Source of the DNA: Sphingobacteriales bacterium | GTDB taxonomy: Bacteria > Bacteroidota > Bacteroidia > UKL13-3 | Direction of reading: 5' to 3' | NCBI GenBank assembly: GCA_021299635.1 | Contig: JAJTFA010000001.1 | Coordinates: 520,391-584,390, forward strand | DNA length: 64,000 nt | Shown here: piece after piece, positions 48,315 through 59,598 of the stretch | Numbering within the stretch: the first letter of the stretch is position 1 | Layout: each line of letters begins with the position of its first letter | Program-made: the position numbers and the translations under genes | The notes under the pieces: generated by a model | The model's input: only the letters and a program-made list of their open reading frames with translations | Databases searched by the model: none | Told to the model about the DNA's origin: nothing

Positions 48315-49180
48315 ATCACGTGTTTTTCCGCATGGTAAGATGAGCGCACCAGCGGACCTGATTCAACATGTATAAAGCCCATCTTCTTACCTTCTGCTTC
48401 ATAAAATGCAAATTCTTCGGGTGTAATAAAACGTTCAACCGCAAGATGCATTTTGGTTGGCTGCAGATATTGCCCCAGTGTAAGTACATCACATCCGTGG
48501 TTTCTTAAATCCTGCATAAGCTCCAGCACCTCTTCTGTGGTTTCACCCACGCCCAGCATGGCTCCTGATTTGGTTCTGCGGCCACGCTCTTTTGTTTTCA
48601 TGATTTGCTCCAGGCTTCGTTCATACTTTGCCTGCGGCCTTACTTTACGATACAATCGTTTCACCGTTTCCATGTTATGGGATACCACCTCAGGCTTTTC
48701 ATCAATTACCTGATACAGCAAATCCCATTTGCTCATAAAGTCGGGTATCAGTGTTTCCTGTGTGGTTCCGGGATTCAGTTCTTTTACCAGTCTGATGGTT
48801 TCTGCCCAAACCCAGGCACCTTTATCGGGTAATTCATCTCTGTTTACGGATGTAATCACTGCATGCTTTACACCCATTAATCGGATGGCTTCAGCTACGC
48901 GTTTGGGTTCATCTGTATCATATTCTTTGTTTCGGCCGGTTGCCACAGCGCAGAAGGAACAACTGCGTGTGCAGGTATTACCCAAAATCATAAAAGTTGC
49001 GGTACCTGCACCCCAACACTCACCCATATTGGGGCAATTGCCACTTTCGCAAATGGTATGCAGTTTATGGTTGTCTACAATTTTTCTAACGTTTCTGTAA
49101 TTTTCTCCGGTTGGGAGTTTTACTTTAAGCCAGTCGGGCTTCTTCACACGGGCATCTGCCAGGGTAGGTAATTCAATCAT
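48311..49180 (-). CDS. lipA: Lipoyl synthase
   Basis: [20 protein letters not shown] radical SAM motif, GQYLQP, VRSSY. Confidence 0.97.
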   Translation of the reverse strand: MIELPTLADARVKKPDWLKVKLPTGENYRNVRKIVDNHKLHTICESGNCPNMGECWGAGTATFMILGNTCTRSCSFCAVATGRNKEYDTDEPKRVAEAIRLMGVKHAVITSVNRDELPDKGAWVWAETIRLVKELNPGTTQETLIPDFMSKWDLLYQVIDEKPEVVSHNMETVKRLYRKVRPQAKYERSLEQIMKTKERGRRTKSGAMLGVGETTEEVLELMQDLRNHGCDVLTLGQYLQPTKMHLAVERFITPEEFAFYEAEGKKMGFIHVESGPLVRSSYHAEKHVI

Positions 49181-49182
49181 AC

Positions 49183-49941
49183 TTATTTATTCCATCCAAA
49201 ACTATATCCAATAAAAAATAAAACCACACTTCTTGTTTGCTCTCGTGCCACCATGCTCAATCCGGTTGGGAACACATCCAGAGAAACACCCGCTTCCAGT
49301 GTATGAAATTCATCAGGGTATGCCCCCCATTCAACGGCAAGAGAGGCTTTACCATAACCGCCAAACCGCGCTTGAGTATTACCTATGCCTTCAAAAAAAG
49401 AAGAGTTGCCATAAATCAAATTCTGATAAATGTGTACATCCGGATCGTAGCGTTCGGCACGCACAAATGCGCGGGTCTGATCATTTGAAATATTTAAAAT
49501 ATCAAGGTAAACAGGTTTTAATAATGCAGTGGCAATTCCTAAGGAATAATTAAAGTTTAACCCAACTGCATTCTTGTAAGGTCGTTCTGTTATAAAAAAG
49601 GTCTGACCATAACCCGTGCGTAGCATAAAAACCGAATTGAGCTTGCCATAGCTGTACTCCTGCGGATTCTGGGAAGCGCCATAAATATTGGTTTCTTTGG
49701 GGTGTCGCACGTATGCCAATTCGGTATCTAAAATACGTTTCTTTTTGCCGGTTTGATGCCAGCCATATTTAAAGTTGATACCTCCGCGCACAGCAGAGTT
49801 TATATGCGCGCCTAATTGTATACGTTTGGTATAGAAAAGCTGTGGTTCTGTTATCGCCTGATTTTGAGCAAACGCAGAGCCGCCTGCTAAAAGCAACAAG
49901 ATGAGCAATATGTTTTGTAATGCTTTCACTATTTTCGCCAT
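49183..49941 (-). CDS. Conserved hypothetical outer-membrane protein
   Basis: Signal peptide, RHPKE...YGKLN motif, beta-strand-rich; start uncertain. Confidence 0.65.
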   Translation of the reverse strand: MAKIVKALQNILLILLLLAGGSAFAQNQAITEPQLFYTKRIQLGAHINSAVRGGINFKYGWHQTGKKKRILDTELAYVRHPKETNIYGASQNPQEYSYGKLNSVFMLRTGYGQTFFITERPYKNAVGLNFNYSLGIATALLKPVYLDILNISNDQTRAFVRAERYDPDVHIYQNLIYGNSSFFEGIGNTQARFGGYGKASLAVEWGAYPDEFHTLEAGVSLDVFPTGLSMVAREQTRSVVLFFIGYSFGWNK

Positions 49942-49958
49942 TCAAAAATACAAATAAT

Positions 49959-50366
49959 ATGCACACTTCCGAATTGCGTTATGTGGGAGATTTGAGAACT
50001 GAATTGAAGCACGTTTTCTCCGGGTCAGTTATTTATACAGATGCACCACTGGATAACCACGGTAAGGCTCAGAATTTTTCTCCAACCGACCTTTTAGCCA
50101 CCTCGCTGGCTGCTTGTATGGTAACCATAATGGGCATTGAATCGCAACGCCTTGGGTTAGATTTTGCAGGAGCTGGCGCGGCAATTGTAAAAAAGATTTC
50201 GGCAAATCCCAGAAGGGTATCAGAAATTGGGGTAATGATTGAAATGCCTCCCGGAATCAGCATAGAACACAGGGAATTATTGGAACGGGCAGCGCATAAC
50301 TGTCCTGTTGCCAAAAGCATTCATGCAGAAATTAAGCAGGATATTGTTTTTAAATACCCGGACTAG
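49959..50366 (+). CDS. OsmC family protein
   Basis: TDAPLDNHG, FSPTDLLATSLAAC, CPVAKS. Start adjusted to MHTSE. Confidence 0.92.
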   Translation: MHTSELRYVGDLRTELKHVFSGSVIYTDAPLDNHGKAQNFSPTDLLATSLAACMVTIMGIESQRLGLDFAGAGAAIVKKISANPRRVSEIGVMIEMPPGISIEHRELLERAAHNCPVAKSIHAEIKQDIVFKYPD

Positions 50367-50501
50367 AAGCAAAGGCTAATGATAGGGAGATCAATACTAA
50401 ATTTAGGGCAGGTAGCTTTGCAGCTGGTCATTCCCATCATGATAAGAGACACACATCCAATGATTAGTAGGCGTTTCATTTAAAGTTATAGTTGATTACA
50501 A

Positions 50502-51701
50502 TTGCAAAAGTATACGAAAATATCTGATTCATTGCTACATGCGGGGCTAAAATTTTTTTTAGAAGCCAATCAATCCATTGAACAGTTGCTCCTGTCAAAT
50601 CAATTAAGCAACCTTTCCACTGAGGATAAGTATCTGCTTGCCAGTCAGATAAAGCTTTACCCAAAAGCGCTAAAGAAGTTACCATCCTTTGCAGCCGCTT
50701 ATTGTTTTTTTTCGGAAAAGGCTTTAGAACAAGCCAGTTCTGAAGCGCTGGCTAAGTATAAGAGCACAAAAATAAATGGTGAATTGTTGCTGGATTTGTC
50801 GGCCGGACTTGGTGCAGACGATTGGGCATTTTCAAATACATTTCATCAAGTCATAGGAATTGATCCTGATACGGATTTAAACATCCTGGTGCGCAAAAAC
50901 TTTGAATTGCTTGGCATCACCAATGTGAAACGTATGGATGACACGGCAGAAACCTTTTTGCAGCAGGCTCCTAAAGCAGATTGGGTTTATCTGGATGCTG
51001 ACAGGCGCAGCGGTGGTGGCAAAGCAGTGCATTTGTTTGAAGGGAGCCCCAATGTGATGCAATTGTTAGATACATTACCGCAAGTTACCAATCAGGTTCT
51101 ATTAAAATTATCACCCCTGGTTGATCTCACACATGTTATGAAAAACATAAGTGGCATCAGCCGTATAGAGGTGGTAAGCCTTTATAATGAAGTGAAAGAG
51201 GTATTGGTTTTTATTAAATTCGGCTATTTAGGTAACATAGAAATTTGTGCTACTGATATTAACAGGCAGCATAAGGCAATTTCGTTCGCAGCTACTCATC
51301 CTGTTCTTGCCTCTGTGGCTACCAGCAATTGCGGGCATTACTTTTATGAGCCTGCCTTAAGCATTATCAAATCCGGACTAACAGCACCCTATGCAGTTTC
51401 ATGCAATTTGAATCCGCTGCAGGTAAATGGAAACTATCTGATTGGCGAAAATCTGATACCTGATTTTATAGGAAGGGTATTTCAGATTAAAAAGATAATG
51501 CCATTTAAGAAGTCAACAGTAAAAGACTATCTGAAAAGTGCTGGCATTGCCAAGGCAAATATTGCGCGCAGAGATTTTAAGGCAGATGTAACCGAGCTTT
51601 ATAGCTTATTTAATTTGAAGGAAGGGGGGGATGATTATTTATTTTTTACCACTGCAGCCAATCAGGAGAAAATATTTGTGCATGGCATTAGGCCTTGTTA
51701 A
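50502..51701 (+). CDS. Class I SAM-dependent methyltransferase with THUMP-like domain
   Basis: LEQASSE, DLSAGLGAD, YLDADRR, LLKLSP, YEP, C-terminal LKEGGD. Confidence 0.82.
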   Translation: MQKYTKISDSLLHAGLKFFLEANQSIEQLLLSNQLSNLSTEDKYLLASQIKLYPKALKKLPSFAAAYCFFSEKALEQASSEALAKYKSTKINGELLLDLSAGLGADDWAFSNTFHQVIGIDPDTDLNILVRKNFELLGITNVKRMDDTAETFLQQAPKADWVYLDADRRSGGGKAVHLFEGSPNVMQLLDTLPQVTNQVLLKLSPLVDLTHVMKNISGISRIEVVSLYNEVKEVLVFIKFGYLGNIEICATDINRQHKAISFAATHPVLASVATSNCGHYFYEPALSIIKSGLTAPYAVSCNLNPLQVNGNYLIGENLIPDFIGRVFQIKKIMPFKKSTVKDYLKSAGIAKANIARRDFKADVTELYSLFNLKEGGDDYLFFTTAANQEKIFVHGIRPC

Positions 51702-52977
51702 TTCTTATTTTTAGCTTCTGGCCTGTTGCAATCTTGCTGCTTCTGAGTTTATTCCAGCGTTTCAATTCCTTTACAGTTACATCAAACTTGTCGGCAATGT
51801 TTGCCAACAAATCACCCTTTTTTACTTTATAAATAATGGTTTGACTACTACCTGTATTTTGCTTTTCAATGCTTACTTTTTTATTGAGCGCAATCAGGTT
51901 CACATCCTGTTTGGTTTTGAAGCTATCGGTATTGTTAAGTGCCGTATAAGTCATTGACTTATTGTAGGGCAGCGTAAGTGTTATTTTTTCGGTAGTAAAA
52001 GGTATCATTCCTCTTCGCAAGGATGGGTTGAATGCTTTTAATTCCTCCGGTGACATGCCCAATGATATTGCCAACTGATTTAAAGAGTAGCGGTTATCAA
52101 TATGCACCGTATCTGTATGAAGCGTCATTTGCACCTCTTCGGAAGGATAAATATTATGCTCCGAAGCATAGTTCATCATATAGGTAGCTGCAATAAATGC
52201 AGGCACATAACCTCTTGTTTCTCTTGGCAGATATTGCTGTACAGCCCAAAAGTTCTTAACTCCACCGGCACGTCTTATGGCTTTGTTTACATTGCCTGGT
52301 CCGCAATTGTATGAGGCAATAACCAGCAGCCAGTCTCCATAAATTCTGTAGGAATTGCGCAAGTATTTAATGGCAGCATCGGTAGATTTAATAAGGTCTC
52401 TTCTTTCATCGTAATTACCTGTTGTTTTAAGCCCATATATTCTTCCTGTTGGTGCCATAAACTGCCACATACCGGCTGCACCTACCGGTGAGGTAGCTTG
52501 TGGGTTTAGGGCTGATTCAATTACTGCCAAATATTTCAGTTCCATCGGCATTCCTTCTCTATCAAGCATCTCTTCAAAAACAGGGAAATAATATTTAGAC
52601 CATGACAGGATCTTTGAGCTGAGTTTTCTTCTTCTGATGGTGTATAAGTCAATATAAGGCCTTACGTATTGATTGTACTCAAGTGGTATTTCCGATTCAA
52701 GAATGGATAAGCGGTAAGCATAAACAGAGTCGGCATAAACCGGTATATCATTTTCCTCAAAACCATAAATATTAAGGTCTCCTGCAGGTATTTGCGGGTA
52801 TAATTTCCCTCTAATTTTCAGGGTATTGCTATCCACTATTGCCATCATTTCTTCATCAGCAGCAATAAAAGGTGTTCTTAATTGTGCATATACACCGCTA
52901 TTAAAAAAGGCAGGTGCCATCAGGCAAGTGAGGGTTGCCAAAGGAAGAAGTAAAGCAAAGCTCCTGATTTTTTTCAT
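51688..52977 (-). CDS. Lytic murein transglycosylase (MltD-like) with LysM
   Basis: LAVIESAL, AAGMWQFM, ASYNCG, ETRGYVP; C-terminal YKVKKGD LysM. Start adjusted to MKKIRSF. Confidence 0.92.
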   Translation of the reverse strand: MKKIRSFALLLPLATLTCLMAPAFFNSGVYAQLRTPFIAADEEMMAIVDSNTLKIRGKLYPQIPAGDLNIYGFEENDIPVYADSVYAYRLSILESEIPLEYNQYVRPYIDLYTIRRRKLSSKILSWSKYYFPVFEEMLDREGMPMELKYLAVIESALNPQATSPVGAAGMWQFMAPTGRIYGLKTTGNYDERRDLIKSTDAAIKYLRNSYRIYGDWLLVIASYNCGPGNVNKAIRRAGGVKNFWAVQQYLPRETRGYVPAFIAATYMMNYASEHNIYPSEEVQMTLHTDTVHIDNRYSLNQLAISLGMSPEELKAFNPSLRRGMIPFTTEKITLTLPYNKSMTYTALNNTDSFKTKQDVNLIALNKKVSIEKQNTGSSQTIIYKVKKGDLLANIADKFDVTVKELKRWNKLRSSKIATGQKLKIRINKA

Positions 52978-53095
52978 GAATAGAATAACAAAAATAGGCC
53001 ATATCAACCTATAATCAAAGCAAAACAAGCGCACAGCGGTTTTGTGACCAATATTTAGGTCAGTATGAATATTTAAAATGCTAATAAGCTGATGA

Positions 53096-54112
53096 TTACA
53101 GATTAGGACGCCCTGCATAGGGAGTTGCCTGTAAATCTGTAAACCGGTTCATGTTGTATTTGTGATAGGCAGCAATGGCAATCATAGCGGCATTATCGGT
53201 ACAATACTCAAAATCAGGTATAAAAACCTGCCAGCCGTTTTTCTTGCCTGCCTCCTCCACAGCATGTCTGAGGGTGCTATTTGCCGAAACACCACCCGCA
53301 AGGGCTACATGCTTAATTCTTGTTTCCATAGCTGCCTTTTCCAGTTTTTTCATAAGGTGCTTAATAATGGCATATTGCACCGATGCGCAGATATCTGCCA
53401 GATTTTTCTCAACAAAATCAGGATCAGTTTTTAGAGCATCTCTTACAAAATAGAGGACCGAAGTTTTTAGTCCGCTAAAACTAAAATCGTAGCCTGGTAT
53501 ATTGGGCACAGGAAAATTAAAGGCTCTTGGATTGCCCTTTTTTGCATATTGATCAATCAGTGGCCCCCCCGGATAAGGCAATCCTACAATTTTTGCTGTT
53601 TTGTCAAAGGCTTCTCCGGCTGCATCATCAATAGTTTTCCCAAGTGTGGTTTCTGTAAAATAATCATCCATTCGGGTAATCTGTGTATGCCCTCCGGAAA
53701 CAGTTAAGCACAAAAAAGGGAACTCAGGCTTTGGTGAAGAAATAAAGTGAGCCAATACATGAGCCTGCATATGATCAATCCCAATAAGCGGTATGCCCAA
53801 TGCATGTGCCATTGACTTTGCGAAAGACGAGCCAACTAGCAGTGAGCCAATTAAGCCGGGTCCTTGGGTAAATGCTATGGCATGCAATTGAGATTTGTTT
53901 ATGCCTGCTTTTTTAAGCGCGGCATCAACCAGCGGAACAATATGCTGTTGGTGTGCACGCGAGGCCAACTCCGGTACAACACCACCATATTGCTCATGTA
54001 TAAGTTGGCCTGCTACCAAATTGCACAATATCTCTTCGTTTCTGCATACAGCAGCACCTGTATCATCACACGATGATTCAATAGCCAATATATATATATC
54101 CTGTTGTGCCAA
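53096..54112 (-). CDS. tsaD: tRNA N6-threonylcarbamoyltransferase TsaD
   Basis: AIESSCDDT, GGVVPELASRAH, VSGGHT, DDAAGEAFDK, CTDNAAMI; probable TTG start at 54112. Confidence 0.96.
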   Translation of the reverse strand: MAQQDIYILAIESSCDDTGAAVCRNEEILCNLVAGQLIHEQYGGVVPELASRAHQQHIVPLVDAALKKAGINKSQLHAIAFTQGPGLIGSLLVGSSFAKSMAHALGIPLIGIDHMQAHVLAHFISSPKPEFPFLCLTVSGGHTQITRMDDYFTETTLGKTIDDAAGEAFDKTAKIVGLPYPGGPLIDQYAKKGNPRAFNFPVPNIPGYDFSFSGLKTSVLYFVRDALKTDPDFVEKNLADICASVQYAIIKHLMKKLEKAAMETRIKHVALAGGVSANSTLRHAVEEAGKKNGWQVFIPDFEYCTDNAAMIAIAAYHKYNMNRFTDLQATPYAGRPNL

Positions 54113-54166
54113 TTGGGTTATGAGTTGCTTAAAGCCAGCAAATTCTGTATTTTTGAACGATTGAGG

Positions 54167-57100
54167 ATGGTTAAACAAATAGCAAAATATGCAGCCTTGG
54201 TTTTTTTTACCTTGCTGGGCATTTTACTTTTGGGTATGTGGCTGCTGTTTAATAACAACTACGTTCAAAATAAAGTCACCGGCTATGTTACTGATTATTT
54301 AAGTGCGCAATTTAAAACAAAGATTCAAATAGGTCATATTTCCTATCATCCGCTTACGCAACTTAGTTTGGATCAGGTTTATTTTGGCGACCACAAAAAC
54401 GATACACTCTTTTATGTAGAACACCTTAAGCTCAATATAGGCAGTTTTAATGCCGACTCACTCAAACTAACTTTTACAGATGTTTTGGTTGATGGAGGCT
54501 TGTGTAAAATGGTAACCTACCCTGACAATAGTTTTAATATCGATGTTTTATTTAACATCGTTTCTGCCGATAAGATTCCTGATACAGCCTCACTGCCATT
54601 TAGCCTTGTTTTTAATCAGGTGGCTTGCACGCATACCCGGTTCAGGCTCATTGATTCAACCAGCGAATTGGGAGGTGAAGGCTTTAATGGTTTGGATGAG
54701 GATTTCTATGACGTAGCATTTGAAGCAACAAACTTCAGCATTATTGGCGACTCTCTGAATCTGAATATCAAAAAACTTAGTTGTTTAGAGAAAGGTGGTG
54801 CACAAATTAAGCGTATGGATTGCCAAGCTATATTGGCCTCTTCGGGTATGTATTTTAATGATTTGGATTTCGAGGCCAGATACAGTCATATCAAGGGAAA
54901 TTTTTCTATGGCTTATAAAGATTGGGATATGGCAGATTTTAACTATCGGGTTAACATGAAAGCCAATATCAAGGAAAGTAGGATTGATATGCGTGATGTG
55001 GCAGACTTTGCTCCTGCCCTGAAGGGCTGGAATCAGGTTGCATATTTAAGCGGAGATGTATCCGGAACAGTAAATCAATTAAGGGCAAAACGTATTGAAC
55101 TCAGAACGGGAGATAAAACATATTTTAGAGGCAACGTAAACCTATCGGGTCTTCCGGAAATTGATGAAACATTTATGGAGGCAAAAGTGGAGCAAGTCAT
55201 TTCAGACGGAACCGATATAGAGTATATCTGCCGTGAAGAACTGCCTGCCTTTATAGATAAGTTTGGCGAAATTAAATTTAAAGGAGCATTTACCGGTTTT
55301 GTAAAAGACTTTGTGGCGCATGGTAAATTCTCAACTGAAGCGGGCGATGTGCTTTCTGATTTTAATATCAAGCTAGCCGACTCAGTTATGCAATCAGCTT
55401 ATAAGGGCAAGATAGAGCTTGATAATTTCAATGTGGGTAAGGTATTTGATATGGAGCCAACACTTGGCCAGATTAAAATGCAAATAAATCTTGACGGAAA
55501 AGGTTTTGACCTTGAGCATATCGCTACCAATATTGGTTTGAATATAGATTATGCAAAAGTTGCCGGATACCGATACAGTGCACTAAACACTAGCGGACGT
55601 TTTGATACGAAAAGGTTTAACGGCAATTTTGTAAGCAATGATCCAAATGCCCGCTTTGATATTTCAGGTGAAGTTGATCTTTCTGAAGATGAGCCTACCT
55701 TCAGGGGTAATGCAAATATGCAGTATATTAATCTAACCTCACTTGGGTTAATTGATTCGGCAAATGTTACCCTAAAAGCTAAGCTCAATATCAATTTTGC
55801 ATTTAAAGATCTGGATCATAATAACGGAAGTATAGCGGCCAATCAGATTGAATTACTGAAAAACGGAAAAGACCTTGATTTGTCAATGTTCAGGTTATAC
55901 ACCGTTAGTCAGAAAAAAGAACGCATTATTGACCTTAAAACGGATTATGCCTCTTTAAATTTTAAAGGTGAATATTCATTTGACCAGTTGCCGGATAACT
56001 TCTATCATTTCATGCATCTGTTAGCCCCAGCGTATTTTAATAAAATAGTGCCTTTGCCGCAAAGGCAATTATTCAGCTATCAATTAAAAGTTGAAAAGGC
56101 AGCCATACTGAACGAATTGTTTATTCCTGATTTGCATATCAAAAAACTAGAGGCTAGGGGGCAAATTGATAGTGACAAGCAATCTATGGTGGCTGATCTT
56201 TCTGCCGATTTGCTGCATTATAATTTGATTAGTTTACATGAATTCCGCTTTCATTCAACCATAGAAAATGGTTCATTGGGAAAAGTTTCTTCAACCATCA
56301 GGGAGTTTAAAAACAATGATACACTTGTTTTTCACGAATTCTCCATGCATGGCAACCTTGCAAAAAACAAAGGCTTAATCAATTTGTATGTGTCCGATAC
56401 CGGAGGAATTGCAACGGGTAATATTGTATCAGAGCTTTTATTTACTAAGGACCAAATTCAATTAATGCTTGATTCCTCTTTTGTTGAGTTCAGAGATGCA
56501 ACTTTTAATATTATGCAAAACGGTGAGTTAACCTATCGCAATCAGCATATCGATATTAAAAATATCAGAATAGCCGGGCCAAAGGAAGATATTCTTGTAA
56601 ACGGATTTTATGAGACAGACGGGATTCATCTTATTAAAACAGAAATTAAACGACTTGATCTAGAGCTAGTCAATACTTTCGACAGGACCCAAACAATCGC
56701 ATTTAATGGAGAAACAGCAGGTACTATTGTTTTCAAAGGAAATACAGAGAATAACAATATCGATGCTTTTCTGAATATAAATGAACTGATACTGGATAAG
56801 GATACCATTGGAGATCTTTCCTTTACTTCCGCATATGATGATAAGCAAAAACGCCTGCTGCTATATACCCGATCGCTTTCAGGTAAGCTCAAGGAATTGG
56901 AGGCAGGTGGCTATATTGATATGCGTGCAGCGCCTTATGCACTTAAAATTAATGTAGCCTTTGCTGAGTCTGATTTAAAATCATTTCAGGCATTTTTAAA
57001 AGAGCAGGTATTGATTACTACAGGAACGGTTCAGGCTAAATGTATCATTGAGGGCACAATCGATGATATTGAAATTAACGGCAAAATTGAGGTTGCAAAT

Positions 57101-58549
57101 GTTGTGGCGCGTATCGAATATCTGAAATCAGTATATCGCTTTAATTCTGTTATAAATTTTAATGGATCAGAAATTGAAATTCCTGCATTTGAAATGTATG
57201 ATATAAATAACCGCAAAGCCATTATAGCAGGTAAAATTTTACACCACTCATTTTCAAAATTTTCCTATGATATAAATATACATGATTTAAACAGATTTCA
57301 GTTGCTTAGCACAACTGCAAAGGATAACAACCTTTTTTATGGCATTGCTTACGCCTCCGGTAATATTCATTTAAGCGGACCGCAAACAGAGTTGATGCTG
57401 GATGGAAACCTGAAGACAGAAAAAGGAACGGTGTTTAATATTCCACTTACTCAAGGAGAGAATGATGAGTCCACACTCATCAGCTTTGTAAATAGGGATA
57501 CAAATATAACCATTGAGAATATGGTAAAACCGGTTAAGCTTTTTGGTTTTATGATGAATATGATCGTAAATATAACCCCGGATGCAGAAATCAATATTGT
57601 GTTTGACGAGTTTAAAGGAGATAAGATATCAGGTGCAGGAGATGGTATGCTTAAGATGGAAATGACTAAACAAGGTTTGTTTAACATGTTTGGAGAGGTG
57701 AAAATTAGCAATGGTGAATACAAGTTTACGGCATTGGATTTTTTTACAAAGAAGTTTAACCTAAAGAAGGGAAGTGCCATTACATGGTCGGGAGATCCGC
57801 TTCAAGCCAGATTGGATATTACAGGCGCTTACAATGTACGAAGAACTTCGGTGGCCAATATCCTCACCACAGTTTCTGATGAGCAAAGAAAAGAAGCGCA
57901 AAATCAGCGTGTACCCGCAGAGTGCTTAATGTATATTAAAGGAAGCCTGCAGGAGCCGCAATATAAGTTCGACCTCGCCTTTACCGAAGTGCGCGGAATT
58001 CTGAGTTCATCAACAGTAAATGCACTGGAGAGCAGCCTGAATAGTTTGCGTGCTGAGCCTCAACAAATGGAGCAACAGGTAATTAATCTTATTCTGTTTG
58101 GTAATTTTTTACCACTTGGTGGCTCGCAACAGTTTGCAGGTAATTCCAGCCTGGCATCCGGTTTAAACAATACCCTTTCTGATATTGCATCTGCACAGGC
58201 CAGTAATTTTTTGGATCAGGTTATTCCTGGTCTTGATGTAAACATTGACTTGTCCAGAAACGATCAGCAAAATTTTCAGGCCATTATTTCTGCTTCAAAA
58301 AAATTGCTTGATGACAGGCTTGAAGTTCAGGGAAGTTTAAATTCAGTAAATAACAATAATAACCTCATGACTCAATACAACCTAACTAAAGAAGGTAACC
58401 TGAAACTAAGGGCATACAGCCGAAGCATAACCGATCCTATATACAACAGGCCAATAAATACACAAGGCTTAGGTTTGTTTTACCGCAAAGAATTCGACAG
58501 CTTTTTTAAGCAGACATCAAAAGATACTTCAGCAGTATCGGTTAATTAG
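54167..58549 (+). CDS. tamB: Translocation and assembly module TamB (DUF490)
   Basis: N-terminal membrane anchor, long beta-rich body, C-terminal WSGDP...QGLGLFYRKEFD; divergent from tsaD. Confidence 0.85.
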   Translation: MVKQIAKYAALVFFTLLGILLLGMWLLFNNNYVQNKVTGYVTDYLSAQFKTKIQIGHISYHPLTQLSLDQVYFGDHKNDTLFYVEHLKLNIGSFNADSLKLTFTDVLVDGGLCKMVTYPDNSFNIDVLFNIVSADKIPDTASLPFSLVFNQVACTHTRFRLIDSTSELGGEGFNGLDEDFYDVAFEATNFSIIGDSLNLNIKKLSCLEKGGAQIKRMDCQAILASSGMYFNDLDFEARYSHIKGNFSMAYKDWDMADFNYRVNMKANIKESRIDMRDVADFAPALKGWNQVAYLSGDVSGTVNQLRAKRIELRTGDKTYFRGNVNLSGLPEIDETFMEAKVEQVISDGTDIEYICREELPAFIDKFGEIKFKGAFTGFVKDFVAHGKFSTEAGDVLSDFNIKLADSVMQSAYKGKIELDNFNVGKVFDMEPTLGQIKMQINLDGKGFDLEHIATNIGLNIDYAKVAGYRYSALNTSGRFDTKRFNGNFVSNDPNARFDISGEVDLSEDEPTFRGNANMQYINLTSLGLIDSANVTLKAKLNINFAFKDLDHNNGSIAANQIELLKNGKDLDLSMFRLYTVSQKKERIIDLKTDYASLNFKGEYSFDQLPDNFYHFMHLLAPAYFNKIVPLPQRQLFSYQLKVEKAAILNELFIPDLHIKKLEARGQIDSDKQSMVADLSADLLHYNLISLHEFRFHSTIENGSLGKVSSTIREFKNNDTLVFHEFSMHGNLAKNKGLINLYVSDTGGIATGNIVSELLFTKDQIQLMLDSSFVEFRDATFNIMQNGELTYRNQHIDIKNIRIAGPKEDILVNGFYETDGIHLIKTEIKRLDLELVNTFDRTQTIAFNGETAGTIVFKGNTENNNIDAFLNINELILDKDTIGDLSFTSAYDDKQKRLLLYTRSLSGKLKELEAGGYIDMRAAPYALKINVAFAESDLKSFQAFLKEQVLITTGTVQAKCIIEGTIDDIEINGKIEVANVVARIEYLKSVYRFNSVINFNGSEIEIPAFEMYDINNRKAIIAGKILHHSFSKFSYDINIHDLNRFQLLSTTAKDNNLFYGIAYASGNIHLSGPQTELMLDGNLKTEKGTVFNIPLTQGENDESTLISFVNRDTNITIENMVKPVKLFGFMMNMIVNITPDAEINIVFDEFKGDKISGAGDGMLKMEMTKQGLFNMFGEVKISNGEYKFTALDFFTKKFNLKKGSAITWSGDPLQARLDITGAYNVRRTSVANILTTVSDEQRKEAQNQRVPAECLMYIKGSLQEPQYKFDLAFTEVRGILSSSTVNALESSLNSLRAEPQQMEQQVINLILFGNFLPLGGSQQFAGNSSLASGLNNTLSDIASAQASNFLDQVIPGLDVNIDLSRNDQQNFQAIISASKKLLDDRLEVQGSLNSVNNNNNLMTQYNLTKEGNLKLRAYSRSITDPIYNRPINTQGLGLFYRKEFDSFFKQTSKDTSAVSVN

Positions 58550-58624
58550 GCAGGTGCAGGAGTTGTTGGCAAGCAGATAATTGGTTATGTTCGTATTTTA
58601 CAACTAATGATTTAATAAAATAAT

Positions 58625-59581
58625 ATGGCTCATCAGGCAGGAATTCCATCTGTAGATTTATCAGACTTTTTATCAGGCGATGCAAACAAAAAAGCTGCAT
58701 TTGTAAATGAACTAGGCAAAGCCTACGAAGAAATTGGTTTTGTGGCAGTGCGAGGCCACTTCTTGAGTGATGCCTTATCAGCAGAACTTTATAATCAGGT
58801 AAAGTCTTTTTATGATATGCCGCTTGACATAAAGAAGGCTTATGAAGTTGCAGGACTTGCCGGACAGCGCGGCTATACATCTTTTGGTAAAGAGCATGCC
58901 AAAGGGAGAACCGTTGGTGACTTAAAAGAGTTCTGGCAATTTGGTCAGTGGGTAGAGGATGGAGACTCTGTAAAAGCAGAGTATCCGGATAATGTTTCGG
59001 TAAATGAATTGCCTGAATTTAATAAGTTGGGCAAGGAAGCCTACAGACGATTGGAGGAAACCGGTATGCACATGCTGCGAGCTATTGCCATTTATCTGGG
59101 CTTGGATGAATTTTATTTTGATGATAAAATACACAATGGCAACAGTATTCTCCGTGCCATTCATTATCCGCCAATTACGAACGAACCGCAGAGTGCTGTA
59201 AGAGCAGCAGAACACGAGGATATTAATTTAATTACCTTGCTAATGGGTGCCTCTGCCGAAGGTTTGGAAGTATTAAACAAGCAAAACCAATGGGTAGCTA
59301 TCACTGCTTTGCCAGAGCAGTTGGTGGTAAATGTGGGTGATATGCTGCAACGCTTAACCAACAATAAACTAAAATCAACCACACACCGCGTGGTGAATCC
59401 GCCAAAGGAAAAATGGGGAACATCACGTTATAGTATTCCGTTTTTTCTTCATCCAAAATCAGATATGAAACTGGATTGCCTCTCCTCTTGTATTTCTGAT
59501 GCCAACCCGCTGCAATATGAGCCTATTACAGCCGGTGCATATCTGGATGAACGTTTGCGTGAAATTGGCCTCAAGAAATAA
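58625..59581 (+). CDS. Isopenicillin-N-synthase-like 2OG-Fe(II) dioxygenase
   Basis: IPSVDL, IGF, HEDINLIT, NVGDML, STTHRV, RYSIPFF. Confidence 0.92.
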   Translation: MAHQAGIPSVDLSDFLSGDANKKAAFVNELGKAYEEIGFVAVRGHFLSDALSAELYNQVKSFYDMPLDIKKAYEVAGLAGQRGYTSFGKEHAKGRTVGDLKEFWQFGQWVEDGDSVKAEYPDNVSVNELPEFNKLGKEAYRRLEETGMHMLRAIAIYLGLDEFYFDDKIHNGNSILRAIHYPPITNEPQSAVRAAEHEDINLITLLMGASAEGLEVLNKQNQWVAITALPEQLVVNVGDMLQRLTNNKLKSTTHRVVNPPKEKWGTSRYSIPFFLHPKSDMKLDCLSSCISDANPLQYEPITAGAYLDERLREIGLKK

Positions 59582-59598
59582 ATCCTTTACGGTTGTTT

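Noticed and set aside
52978-54178. Apparent overlaps among the transglycosylase, tsaD and tamB ORFs
   Set aside because: These arise from longest-ORF start calls; downstream starts (52977, 54112, 54167) remove the overlaps.
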